Shown here: piece by piece, positions 16,301-26,512 of the stretch
Position numbering within the stretch: position 1 is the first letter of the stretch
Layout: every line of letters starts with the position of its first letter
DNA from: an uncultured Gammaproteobacteria bacterium
Lineage (GTDB): Bacteria; Patescibacteriota; Patescibacteriia; UBA9934
Length of the DNA: 64,000 bases
Reading direction: 5' to 3'
Assembly: GCA_964552565.1 (NCBI GenBank)
Contig: CAZKGL010000001.1
Span: 435,061-499,060, forward strand
Translations under genes and position numbers: made by a program
The notes under the pieces: generated by a model
Databases searched by the model: none
Told to the model about the DNA's origin: nothing
Seen by the model: only the letters and a program-made list of their open reading frames with translations

Positions 16301-16400
16301 TTAGGTTCTTGATTTTCGCCTCCGCCTAACTTTGCGGACGGCATCGAACCTCGGTCGGCAGTTCCCTGTCTTGATCCCATCGGTTCGGATCAAGACAACT

Positions 16401-17756
<1,356 letters not shown>

Positions 17757-17764
17757 CGATTTTT

Positions 17765-17795
17765 CCCAAAAACCGCCCGCCATAGGCGGTTTTTG
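17765..17795 (+). terminator. Intrinsic terminator after the helicase gene
   Basis: AAAAACCGCCCGCC-ATA-GGCGGTTTTTGG. Confidence 0.65.
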
Positions 17796-17830
17796 GTTGA
17801 CGTGATGCAATTTTTTTGCTAATATTACCG
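17796..17830 (+). promoter_or_regulatory. Sigma-70-type promoter upstream of the 17850 gene
   Basis: TTGACG-17 nt-TAATAT, then a GGGAGG Shine-Dalgarno 6 nt before the ATG at 17850. Confidence 0.5.
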
Positions 17831-17849
17831 CCTTCCCATTTGGGAGGCT

Positions 17850-19028
17850 ATGGAGCTGCGGTCTGCATTCGCGCAAACCGTCTGCAGCAGCAACCCCATA
17901 GAAGGCTCCGCGCATACCGGAGTCAAAACTGGCAAGAAGCTGAAACCTTCACAACGACAACGAGACTTGGAGTACACCATGGCCGCTGAAACCGGCATGA
18001 ACATCGTCACCGCCACGCGCCGCGTGCGGAAGCTCGCGGACAACGCCATCGACCTCATCGAGGACAACCGGCGTACGCCGGCCGAGATCAAGGCCATCCT
18101 GAACGCCCTGCAGGCGTTCAAGGAAGGCAAGCTCGTCGGCATCATGCTGGCGGACACCTCCGACCGGACTATCGCGCTGTGCTCGACCCGCATCGAGGAC
18201 ACGGCGCTCGCGGACGAGGACATGAAGTACATCGTCGCGCGCGGTGTTCGCTACGTCGGGGAGATCTGCTACCTCAACTTCGGCGTCCAGGCCCGGCCGC
18301 GCCAGATCGAGGCGCGGATCAAGGCGGCGCTCGGCTTGCCGATGCGCTTCGACCCGCTTCGCCACGACTGGAAGCCACCCTACTGGAGCGACGAGTCGTT
18401 CTGGAGCGCGCTCGGCATGCCGTGCGTGACGTACTTCGGCGACTACAGTCCGGCGTACTACGATCTGGGTCTCGGTCGTCGCGAGAAGAGCTACTCGAAG
18501 ACCTGCACCCTCGCGCGCAAGCTCGGCCTCTTCGGTGCCATCTACAACATGGCGAGCTTCCTGCGGTGCACGCAGGAGCGCGGCAAGGGCAAGATCGGCA
18601 GCGCCCTGGATCTGGAGACCGTGCTCGGCCGCCCGCGCCCCGGGCTGCTGTGGGCGATGGCTATCATCCCGCCCACCTGGCTCGCCCGGCCGACGAAGCC
18701 CGAGCGGTGGATCGAGGAAGAGCGGGAGATCGAGCAGGAGATCGCGAAGTACGAGACGCCCCGCGCGTGGGTGGTCTCGTGGGTCGTCGATGACGTCACG
18801 GCGGGATTCGCGGGCCTCTGGAAAGCGCGCGAGCTGCATCCGAAGCGCGCCAAGCTGCCCCCCTTCTGGTTCGCAGACGGCAAGGTGCACGCGAGCCACG
18901 CGCGCGAGGAAATCCCGTTCGACCGTGAGCTGGTGGATCACCGCGAGCACCTCCGGTCGTTCCACACCGAGAGCGAGGCCCAGGACTTCATCGAGAAGAT
19001 GGGCCGCGAGATCGTGGACGAGCGCTAG
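17850..19028 (+). CDS. Hypothetical protein (392 aa)
   Basis: Strong RBS (GGGAGG) before ATG 17850; long ORF with coding-like composition; no recognisable family. Confidence 0.55.
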   Translation: MELRSAFAQTVCSSNPIEGSAHTGVKTGKKLKPSQRQRDLEYTMAAETGMNIVTATRRVRKLADNAIDLIEDNRRTPAEIKAILNALQAFKEGKLVGIMLADTSDRTIALCSTRIEDTALADEDMKYIVARGVRYVGEICYLNFGVQARPRQIEARIKAALGLPMRFDPLRHDWKPPYWSDESFWSALGMPCVTYFGDYSPAYYDLGLGRREKSYSKTCTLARKLGLFGAIYNMASFLRCTQERGKGKIGSALDLETVLGRPRPGLLWAMAIIPPTWLARPTKPERWIEEEREIEQEIAKYETPRAWVVSWVVDDVTAGFAGLWKARELHPKRAKLPPFWFADGKVHASHAREEIPFDRELVDHREHLRSFHTESEAQDFIEKMGREIVDER

Positions 19029-19040
19029 CGTCACGTCGTA

Positions 19041-19090
19041 GCCCCGCCATTCGGACACCATCCGGGTGGCGGGGCTCCTCTTTTTCATGA
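19041..19090 (+). terminator. Intrinsic terminator after the 17850-19028 gene
   Basis: GCCCCGCCA...TGGCGGGGC stem followed by TCCTCTTTTTC; a second hairpin lies at 19093-19138. Confidence 0.55.
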
Positions 19091-19145
19091 CTAAAGAAAG
19101 CCACCCCAAGGCGCTTGCCGAGGGGTGGTTTCTTTAGTTTCGAGT

Positions 19146-19892
19146 TTATTCGAGCTCCGCGTCAATGAGGTCCACGAAGGTCTCCAGCGGAACTGCGCCC
19201 GAGACGAGCTGGCCGTTGACGAAGGTCGCCGGGGTGCCGCTGACGCCCGCAGCACGGCCGGAGGAGGTGTCCTCGGAGATCTTGCTCGCGTACTTCTCGC
19301 TCTCGACGCAATCGTCGAACTGCGAGCGGTTCAAACCGAGTTCGTCCGCGAGTTCGCCGTAGTAGTCGTCGCTCAGCGAGTCCTGATTCGCGAAGAGCTC
19401 ATCCGTGTACTCCCAGAACTTGTCCTGCTCGCCCGCGCATTCCGCGGCGAGCGCCGCCGGCTTTGCTTCGGGGTGGAACGACAGCGGGAAGTGGCGGTAC
19501 ACCCACGCGACGTCGTCGCCGTACTTGTCCATGATGTCGAGCATGGTCGGGTGGTGGCGGCCGCAGAACGGACACTCGTAGTCCGAGTATTCGACGACAA
19601 CGACCTTCGCCTTCTCGATGTCGCCGCGCACGTGGTCCTCGTCCGTCACCGGCGCAAGCGTCTTTGCCGTCGCCGTCCCGGTCGAGCCGCTGTCATCATC
19701 ATCGTCGTCAACCACGACCGCATCCTCGTCTGCCGCAACCGCACGGCCGCTCGTCCCTCCCAAGATGTCGCCGCCGACGTACGTCAACGCGATGCCGGCC
19801 ACAAGACCGAACACGAAAATCATTTTCGGATTGCCGTCAAAAAAACCGAGCTGCTTGCTGTCGGTCTGCGATGTCGTTCCTTCTTCGCTCAT
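19146..19892 (-). CDS. Membrane-anchored DsbA-family thiol:disulfide oxidoreductase
   Basis: Thioredoxin-fold CPFC active site (YSDYECPFCGRHHP) with typical DsbA flanking conservation; N-terminal TM helix; poly-Asp stretch (VVVDDDDDDSG). Confidence 0.75.
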   Translation of the reverse strand: MSEEGTTSQTDSKQLGFFDGNPKMIFVFGLVAGIALTYVGGDILGGTSGRAVAADEDAVVVDDDDDDSGSTGTATAKTLAPVTDEDHVRGDIEKAKVVVVEYSDYECPFCGRHHPTMLDIMDKYGDDVAWVYRHFPLSFHPEAKPAALAAECAGEQDKFWEYTDELFANQDSLSDDYYGELADELGLNRSQFDDCVESEKYASKISEDTSSGRAAGVSGTPATFVNGQLVSGAVPLETFVDLIDAELE

Positions 19893-19928
19893 AGGTTTTC
19901 GGTTATTTTACGGCCTTAAGTCTAGCAT

Positions 19929-20678
19929 TTATTGGCGTTTTTGCCTGTGTGTTATCCACAAGACGGCGCCGCCAAAAATAGCGAGCGCGATGCCGAGATA
20001 CTGGCCTGGCGTTAGCCCAAGATAGCGGGTGTCGACAAGGCGCCAGAAGTCTGTCGCGAAACGGAAAAGGCCATACCAGAGCGAGAAGACGCCGATGAAT
20101 GTCCCGACAGGCGGGCGTCTCCGCGCAAGCAAGACGAAGACTACTGCCATGAACGCCCCGTTGATGACCTCGTACAGCCCGTGGTCATGCCGCACGACGC
20201 CGTCCGGGTATTGCACGCCAAGTGCGAAGTCTGTCGCCGTTCCCGGATGGTCGTGAATGAGGAAACATCCGATGCGGCCGACCATCATGCCAAACGGAAG
20301 CCCGAACGCCGCGTCGTCGGCGTAGCGCCACACGTCCACGTGTTTGCGGCGGAGATACCCGATGCCGACGATCGCGCAAGCAATGAGGCCTCCGAACATC
20401 GACAGCCCGCCCTCCCAAATGGCAAAGACTTCGACGGGGTGCGCGAGGTAATACGGGAATTCGTAAAAGAGCACATGGCCAAGACGGCCGCCGACCATGC
20501 CGGCGAGCACCATCCACGCCGCAAGGTCATAGATGATCTCCGCACGAAGTCCATTCCGTTTCGCATGCCGCCCCGCGACAAGCGCGGCAACAAGGAACCC
20601 GAGCGCAACAAACAGCCCCCACACGTGCAGCGTGAGCGGTCCCAGTGTGATGGTTTTCCACTCGATGTACGGGATCAT
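19929..20678 (-). CDS. lgt: Prolipoprotein diacylglyceryl transferase
   Basis: Lgt N-terminal region (MIPYIEW..ITLGPLTLHVWGLFVALGF) and multi-TM architecture; probable start ATG at 20676-20678. The listed ORF extends further upstream. Confidence 0.85.
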   Translation of the reverse strand: MIPYIEWKTITLGPLTLHVWGLFVALGFLVAALVAGRHAKRNGLRAEIIYDLAAWMVLAGMVGGRLGHVLFYEFPYYLAHPVEVFAIWEGGLSMFGGLIACAIVGIGYLRRKHVDVWRYADDAAFGLPFGMMVGRIGCFLIHDHPGTATDFALGVQYPDGVVRHDHGLYEVINGAFMAVVFVLLARRRPPVGTFIGVFSLWYGLFRFATDFWRLVDTRYLGLTPGQYLGIALAIFGGAVLWITHRQKRQ

Positions 20679-20679
20679 G

Positions 20680-21123
20680 TTAGAGCGCGCCAATGTCCAC
20701 GAGCGCCTTCTTGAATGTCGCCACCGCTTTCCGGGCTTCCCCGCCGCGGAGCGAAGAGTGCGGGTTGTGCGAGAGTTCGTTGCGCAGCTTGTGCGCCCAC
20801 CACACACGGCGGAGTTCGCGATACTTCTTCTGCGCAAACTGCATGCGTGTCGCAAACCGGTCGCCCGGGAAATGCTTCGCTTGCAGCGCTTTGTCGAGCA
20901 CGGCGTCCGCGTGCATCACGGCAAGCCGCGCGCTCATCTCGTCGCCGCGCGCCATGAGCTGCTCGACGTCGCGCCACGCAAGCGCGATCTTTTGCCGCTC
21001 GTTGCCGAACGCCCAGCGGCGAAACAGGAGCTTGAACCGATAGATGCCGTAGGCTGCACCTCCAGTGACAATCACAAAGACAGCGATCGCTATGCCCATC
21101 TGCGTTGGTGTCAATTCAAACAT
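20680..21123 (-). CDS. Hypothetical membrane-anchored protein (147 aa)
   Basis: N-terminal TM helix (GIAIAVFVIVTGGAAYGIY); its stop is adjacent to the lgt start, suggesting an operon. Confidence 0.45.
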   Translation of the reverse strand: MFELTPTQMGIAIAVFVIVTGGAAYGIYRFKLLFRRWAFGNERQKIALAWRDVEQLMARGDEMSARLAVMHADAVLDKALQAKHFPGDRFATRMQFAQKKYRELRRVWWAHKLRNELSHNPHSSLRGGEARKAVATFKKALVDIGAL

Positions 21124-21131
21124 AGCTCATT

Positions 21132-21180
21132 GGCGGGGTCCCCGCACCCCGCCGATCCGCCGGCCTGCGGGGAGGCCGGC
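21132..21180. repeat. GC-rich double-hairpin repeat (family 2, intergenic copy; module order A then B)
   Basis: GGCGGGGTCCCCGCACCCCGCC (A) then GCCGGCCTGCGGGGAGGCCGGC (B); both modules recur verbatim at 31187-31245 in swapped order. Confidence 0.6.
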
Positions 21181-22637
21181 TATGCACGCGGGTGTTCCTC
21201 ATGCCATTTCGTGAGTGATTGGTATGCCGCCCCGGCGCGGAGCACCTTCCCGTCCTGGAACGCGCCGCCGAGGAACTGGAGTCCCACAGGAAGCTGTTCG
21301 TCGGTTGCAACCCCGCACGGCACCGAGATTCCGGCGATGCCGGCAAGGTTCGCACCGACGGTGAAAATATCCGCGTAGTACATCGCCAACGGATCGTCGA
21401 ATTTTTCTCCGATCTTCCATGCAACGACCGGCGAAGTCGGCGTCATAATAACGTCAACTTCGTTGAACGCCGCGTCAAACTCCTGACGAATCTTCGTGCG
21501 CACGGCGAGCGCCTTTTTGTAGTACGCGTCGGCGTATCCCGCGGAAAGGATCGCAGTGCCGAGAATAATGCGGCGCTTTACTTCTCTCCCGAACCCATCC
21601 GAACGGGCAGCGATGGAACTCTCTTCGAGATTTCCTTCCGCACGGGTGCCGTAGCGCATCCCATCGAACCGCGCGAGGTTACTCGATGCCTCGGCCGGTT
21701 GGATGATGTAGTACGTCGGGAGCGCGTACGCGTAGCTCGTGTCGACATCGATCTTCGTGATTTCCGCTCCCTCCGACTCGAGAAGCTTCACCGCGTCCGC
21801 AAATGCGGTGACGTAATCGAACTCCGAAAGTTCCGGAGCATCAAGATAACTCGGGATGCCAATCCTCATCCCTTTCAGCGAGCGGTCCATGAGTTCGGGA
21901 ATCGTCTTCTCCTCGAGGACAACCGAGGTTGCGTCCTTTTCATCGACACCTTCAATCACTTCAAGCGTCAACGCGGCATCATCAACCGAGCGCGCGAGCA
22001 CGCCGATTTGGTCGAGGCTCGACGAGAGCGCCGTGAGGCCGAACCGCGACACTCGTCCGTAGCTCGGCTTCAGGCCGGTGATGCCGCACAGTGCGGCCGG
22101 CTGCCGGACGGATCCGCCGGTGTCGGAGCCAAGCGCGACCGGCACGAAACCCGCAGCAACCGCAGCCGCCGAACCGCCCGACGACCCGCCGGGCACGCGT
22201 GTGACATCCCAGGGATTCTTCGTCTGCTGGAACGCCGATGTTTCCGTCGACGAGCCCATCGCAAACTCGTCCATGTTCGTGCGCCCGACAATGATCGCGC
22301 CGGCAGCCTTCAGCCGCGCGACCACGGTTGCATCGTACGTCGCGACGTACTCCGCGAGGATCTTCGATCCCGATGAGGCGACATGACCCTTCACGAGGAT
22401 GCAATCCTTCACTGCGACCGGCACGCCGGCAAGACGCGGGAGGGATTCGCCGCGGGCCTTCATGTCGTCGATCGTTTGCGCCGCCGCCAGCGCGTCGTCA
22501 TCAAACGTCTCCAAAAACGCGCCGATCTTTTTGTCACGCTTTTTGATGTCCGCGAGGGTCGCCTTCACGACCTCGACCGCGCTCGTGGTGCCGGACGCAA
22601 TCGCGTCGCGGATTTCTTTCGCCGTTGCAAACGCCAT
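21180..22637 (-). CDS. gatA: Glu-tRNA(Gln)/Asp-tRNA(Asn) amidotransferase subunit A
   Basis: Amidase signature (GGSSGGSAAAVAAG...SDTGGSVRQPA); 485 aa; directly downstream of gatC. Confidence 0.9.
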   Translation of the reverse strand: MAFATAKEIRDAIASGTTSAVEVVKATLADIKKRDKKIGAFLETFDDDALAAAQTIDDMKARGESLPRLAGVPVAVKDCILVKGHVASSGSKILAEYVATYDATVVARLKAAGAIIVGRTNMDEFAMGSSTETSAFQQTKNPWDVTRVPGGSSGGSAAAVAAGFVPVALGSDTGGSVRQPAALCGITGLKPSYGRVSRFGLTALSSSLDQIGVLARSVDDAALTLEVIEGVDEKDATSVVLEEKTIPELMDRSLKGMRIGIPSYLDAPELSEFDYVTAFADAVKLLESEGAEITKIDVDTSYAYALPTYYIIQPAEASSNLARFDGMRYGTRAEGNLEESSIAARSDGFGREVKRRIILGTAILSAGYADAYYKKALAVRTKIRQEFDAAFNEVDVIMTPTSPVVAWKIGEKFDDPLAMYYADIFTVGANLAGIAGISVPCGVATDEQLPVGLQFLGGAFQDGKVLRAGAAYQSLTKWHEEHPRA

Positions 22638-22639
22638 AC

Positions 22640-22924
22640 TTATTCAAAGACGCCAGGGACTTTCAACGCGCCGGCGGTCGACTGCGGGAACGCATCGAGA
22701 AGCGCCTTCCGGGTCGCTTCATCGACGGGCAGCGCCTCGTCGTCACGGAACACGTTGACCGCGTCGGTAAGGTACGCCTTCACATCGACGCCGGAGGTAT
22801 CGACCTCTTCAAGCTTTCCGACAAACTCCAAGATCGCCGGCAACTGCGGCTCCATCATTTTTTTCTCTTTGGCCGTCAGGCGCAGCTTCGCGAGCTTCGC
22901 AACGTGGTCAATATTGATATCCAT
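22640..22924 (-). CDS. gatC: Glu-tRNA(Gln) amidotransferase subunit C
   Basis: 94 aa, typical GatC (MDINIDHVAKLAKLRLTAKEKK...); sits between ligA and gatA with 2-3-nt gaps. Confidence 0.85.
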   Translation of the reverse strand: MDINIDHVAKLAKLRLTAKEKKMMEPQLPAILEFVGKLEEVDTSGVDVKAYLTDAVNVFRDDEALPVDEATRKALLDAFPQSTAGALKVPGVFE

Positions 22925-22926
22925 AA

Positions 22927-24903
22927 TTACGACCCAAGAATACGCAGGAACTCCGCTTCCGACAAGGTGCGGACACCGAGGCGATTCGCGTCGTCGAGCT
23001 TGCTGCCCGGCTCAGCGCCGACGACCACGTAATCCGTCTTTTTACTCACCGACCCCGACACGTTGCCGCCCGCGAGCCGGATTTTCTCCTTTGCTTCTTC
23101 GCGCCCCAAGCGCTCCAACGTCCCGGTGAGCACGAACGTCTTTCCGGCGAGGGTCCGCTCCACCTTCTTGGCCGGGCGCACCGTCACGCCGACCTCTGCA
23201 TACTCGTCAAACAGCATCTTCGCTTGGCTGCTCTGCAAAAACTCGGTGATGGAGTCCGCGACGACCTCGCCAATGTCCGGCACGCCGAGCAAGTCTTCTT
23301 TCGTGGCGCCCATGAACGCATCACGCGTGCCGAATGCCGTCGCGAGCGCGAACGCGGTTTCGCCGCCGACATGGCGGATGCCGAGCGCGACGATGAACTT
23401 GTCGAGGTCGATCGTCTTCTTGCTTTGGATTTCATCGACGAGCTTCTTTGCCAAGATATCGCCGAAGCGCTCGAGCTCCATCAATTCTTCGGCAGTCAGG
23501 CGGAACACGTCCGGCGGTGAGTTGAGCAGTCCCTCGTTGATGAGCCGTTCAATGATCTTTTCGCCAAGGCCGTCGATTGCGAATGCTCGGACGGCGTAGA
23601 GGATGCGCTCACGCTCTTTCGCGTAACATTCACGGTTCGTACAAAACAGCGCCACCTCGCCCTCACGGCGTTCGACCGGCGAACTGCACACCGGGCATTG
23701 CTTTGGGATCGGCACGGCCTTCTCCTTCCCTTCCCGCAGTTCAGGCAGCACCTTTGTGATTTTCGGGATGATGTCGCCGGCTTTCGTAAGGACGACAGTA
23801 TCTCCGATCTTCAGGCCGAGGCGCGCAATCTCGTCGGCGTTGTGCAGCGTCGCGTGCGTCACGGTCGTGCCGGCGATGAAGGTCGGCGAAACGGTCGCGA
23901 CCGGCGTCAACGACCCGGTGCGGCCCACGAACCACTCGACGCGCTCGACGCGCGTTGTCGCTTCTTCGGGCGCGAACTTCCACGCCACAAGCCCGCGCGG
24001 CGTTTTCCCGACGACGCCGAGGCGTTCGAACTCCCTGTACGCGTTGACGCGGATGACCACGCCGTCAATCCAAAACGGCAGCTCTTCGCGCTCCTTTTCA
24101 ATCGTTGCGTAAAATTTCTTGATCGCGGCGAAATCCTTTGCATGCACAAACGGGCTCGTCGCAAATCCCAATTCGCGCAGCCGCGCCATGCCTTCGGCCT
24201 GCGCCGTCACCGAGGGGTCGCCTTCGATGCGCCATGCAAAGAACCGCAGCGGGCGCGCCGCGGCGAGTTTTGGGTCGAGTTGGCGGATGCTGCCGGCCGA
24301 CACGTTGCGCGGATTGGCAAACTCCTCCTCACCCGCCTTGCGCCGTGCCGCATTCATCTTTTCGAAATCGTCCTTGCGCATGTACACCTCGCCACGCACC
24401 TCGATGCGCCCCTTCACCACTTCACGGAGCGTCAACGGGACCGATTCGATGGTGCGGACGTTCATCGTGACGTCTTCGCCGACACGGCCGTTGCCGCGCG
24501 TCGCCGCCGTTTGCAACACCCCGTCGTCGTAGATGAGCGAAACAGCGAGGCCGTCGATCTTGCACATGCACACATAGTCGAGCGGGCGGCCAGCGATCTT
24601 TTCCACACGCGCCATCCACTCCTTCGCCTCGTCCTCGGTGAAGACATCTTCCATGGACAGCATTGGGCGCTCGTGCGCCACCTTCTTGAACTTCGGCAGC
24701 GGCTCGCCGCCCACGCGCTGGGTCGGCGAGTCGGGCGTGATGAGTTCCGGGAACTCCTGCTCGAGTTGGAAGAGCTCGTGTTTGAGCGTGTCGTGCGCGG
24801 CATCCGAAATCTCCGCCTTGTCGAGGACGTGGTATTCGTAGCGGTATGTGTCGATCGCTTTCCGGAGCTTTTCGATGCGTTTTTTGGCCTCTTCCTTGGT
24901 CAT
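22927..24903 (-). CDS. ligA: NAD-dependent DNA ligase
   Basis: Adenylation motif KIDGLA, OB domain, Zn finger (CPVCSSPVERREGEVALFCTNRECYAK), HhH and BRCT regions; probable start MTKEEAKKRIEKL at 24901-24903. Confidence 0.9.
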   Translation of the reverse strand: MTKEEAKKRIEKLRKAIDTYRYEYHVLDKAEISDAAHDTLKHELFQLEQEFPELITPDSPTQRVGGEPLPKFKKVAHERPMLSMEDVFTEDEAKEWMARVEKIAGRPLDYVCMCKIDGLAVSLIYDDGVLQTAATRGNGRVGEDVTMNVRTIESVPLTLREVVKGRIEVRGEVYMRKDDFEKMNAARRKAGEEEFANPRNVSAGSIRQLDPKLAAARPLRFFAWRIEGDPSVTAQAEGMARLRELGFATSPFVHAKDFAAIKKFYATIEKEREELPFWIDGVVIRVNAYREFERLGVVGKTPRGLVAWKFAPEEATTRVERVEWFVGRTGSLTPVATVSPTFIAGTTVTHATLHNADEIARLGLKIGDTVVLTKAGDIIPKITKVLPELREGKEKAVPIPKQCPVCSSPVERREGEVALFCTNRECYAKERERILYAVRAFAIDGLGEKIIERLINEGLLNSPPDVFRLTAEELMELERFGDILAKKLVDEIQSKKTIDLDKFIVALGIRHVGGETAFALATAFGTRDAFMGATKEDLLGVPDIGEVVADSITEFLQSSQAKMLFDEYAEVGVTVRPAKKVERTLAGKTFVLTGTLERLGREEAKEKIRLAGGNVSGSVSKKTDYVVVGAEPGSKLDDANRLGVRTLSEAEFLRILGS

Positions 24904-25264
24904 AGCGCTTCCCCAATGGTACCCGAAAACGACACTATTTGCCATGACCCCGGCCATACAAACCCATTGACTTTTTTGCTCAGCTCAGGCATCCTTTTGC
25001 ACCGGAGGCTCCATGAACGACCGTACGACCGACCTGTCCGCCCGGGGCAGCCGCCCCAGCACGTCCCGCATCGACCTCAAGCCGCCACCGGAGATGTACC
25101 TGACCCCGGGGCCGTTCCCGGAGGTCGTCCACCCCGTGCCGGAGGCTCCCGTCGACACCGACGAGTCGATCTACAACTACTCCCAGCCCGCCGGCTGGTA
25201 GCAGCCCCTCCAACCGTCCGTCCCCGCCCGCGAACCCCACTCGCCGAGGCGGGGTTTGCATTTT

Positions 25265-25273
25265 TGGTATACT
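25265..25273 (+). promoter_or_regulatory. Extended -10 element TGGTATACT; predicts a leaderless or near-leaderless arfB mRNA
   Basis: The motif ends 10 nt before the arfB ATG at 25284; no Shine-Dalgarno in between. Confidence 0.45.
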
Positions 25274-25283
25274 ATGCTCGATT

Positions 25284-25688
25284 ATGCTCGGAGGACGGAG
25301 GATTCCGGAGAATGAAATTCGTATCGTCTACGTCCGTTCGTCGGGCGCGGGCGGGCAAAACGTCAACAAGGTCGCGACCAAGGCGCAGCTCCACTGGGAC
25401 TTGGCCGGGTCGCAGGTTTTTGATAGTTCCGAAAAAGCCAGGCTCCGCGCCGCATTCAAGAACCGGCTGAACAACGAAGGCGAAGTGGTCCTCACTGCGA
25501 GCGAAAGCCGCCTGCAGTCCCGCAACCGCGAAACCGCGCTCGAGAAGTTGTACCGCCTCATCGAGCACGCGCTAACGCCGCAAGCAAAACGCGTCCCAAC
25601 AAAACCCACCCGCGCATCGAAGCAACGCCGCATCGACGCAAAGAAACGCCGCTCAGTCATCAAGCAGTTGCGGAGAAGTGTTGATTAG
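25284..25688 (+). CDS. arfB: Peptidyl-tRNA hydrolase ArfB (alternative ribosome-rescue factor B; RF-1 GGQ-domain protein)
   Basis: 134 aa; GGQ motif (SSGAGGQNVNKV) in a short class-I release factor domain plus a basic C-terminal tail. Confidence 0.75.
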   Translation: MLGGRRIPENEIRIVYVRSSGAGGQNVNKVATKAQLHWDLAGSQVFDSSEKARLRAAFKNRLNNEGEVVLTASESRLQSRNRETALEKLYRLIEHALTPQAKRVPTKPTRASKQRRIDAKKRRSVIKQLRRSVD

Positions 25689-25794
25689 GTGGCGGAATGA
25701 AATGTACACGCGATACCGCCACCTGGACATAAAACGAAGCGCCCCGGAAGCCAGGGCGGCTTCTCGGGGCGACGGCGACGCGCGAGTTCTTCGG

Positions 25795-26160
25795 CTAGAA
25801 GCCGCCGAACTGCGGGCCACGGTAGACGATGAACTCGAGCTGGCTGCCGGCGAAGTGCGGCATCTGCTCCTTGTGGCTTCCGCAGACCGCCGTGATCTCC
25901 TCGTTCACACGGTTCACGATGATCTTCACCGTGACGCCCTTGCACGCGGCGACGAACTCGTCCATGTTGAAAGTCGCGGTGTGGGTCGACTCGTTGTACG
26001 AGTAGCCCTGGACCGGCGGGGTCTCGACCGGGACGAAGCCGGCGGGGGTCGCGGCCTCGGCGCGGTTCATGACGTTGCGCTCGAAGCCCATGCCGAAGCT
26101 GAAGAGGCCGAGAGAGAAGAGGAACGCGGAGAGGCCGTAGGCGAGGTGCTTGTGACGCAT
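25795..26160 (-). CDS. Hypothetical secreted protein (121 aa)
   Basis: N-terminal signal peptide (LSAFLFSLGLFSFGMGF); ATG at 26158-26160. Confidence 0.45.
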   Translation of the reverse strand: MRHKHLAYGLSAFLFSLGLFSFGMGFERNVMNRAEAATPAGFVPVETPPVQGYSYNESTHTATFNMDEFVAACKGVTVKIIVNRVNEEITAVCGSHKEQMPHFAGSQLEFIVYRGPQFGGF

Positions 26161-26317
26161 GCGAACTCCTGGGTTGCGATGCGAACCTTAGCAGAAAAGC
26201 GAGCCGTTGTCCAGCTCGCTTCTCGAGATTCACCGCCACCTTGGAAAACCATCCCGACGCCAGGAGGGACCTAGAACGCCCGCAAGGTCCCTCGCCTTCG
26301 CTCGGGATGGTTGCGCG

Positions 26318-26509
26318 CTACCAGCTTTTGCTTTGTAAAATCTGCTCGGAATACACTGCGGGATTGAAGGTGTCGGCAGCCTCGTATTCGAGGCCAAGTT
26401 TGATCATCGTGACGTTCGGCTGCATGAGGAGCGACCAGCGCCACGCCGCTTTTTCTTCCTCGGAGATGTCCGACGCGTTCACGCCCGCAATCACTTCTTC
26501 GATCGTCAT
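26318..26509 (-). CDS. Small hypothetical protein (63 aa) downstream of the prepilin peptidase gene
   Basis: ORF beginning 4 nt after the pilD stop; no family assignment; weak. Confidence 0.3.
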   Translation of the reverse strand: MTIEEVIAGVNASDISEEEKAAWRWSLLMQPNVTMIKLGLEYEAADTFNPAVYSEQILQSKSW

Positions 26510-26512
26510 ACG

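Noticed and set aside
25013-25201. 62-aa + strand ORF upstream of arfB
   Set aside because: Pro-rich, no start context, and it lies in the divergent spacer next to the ligA promoter region; insufficient evidence.
23698-25470. 590-aa + strand ORF across ligA
   Set aside because: Antisense to ligA; no motifs.
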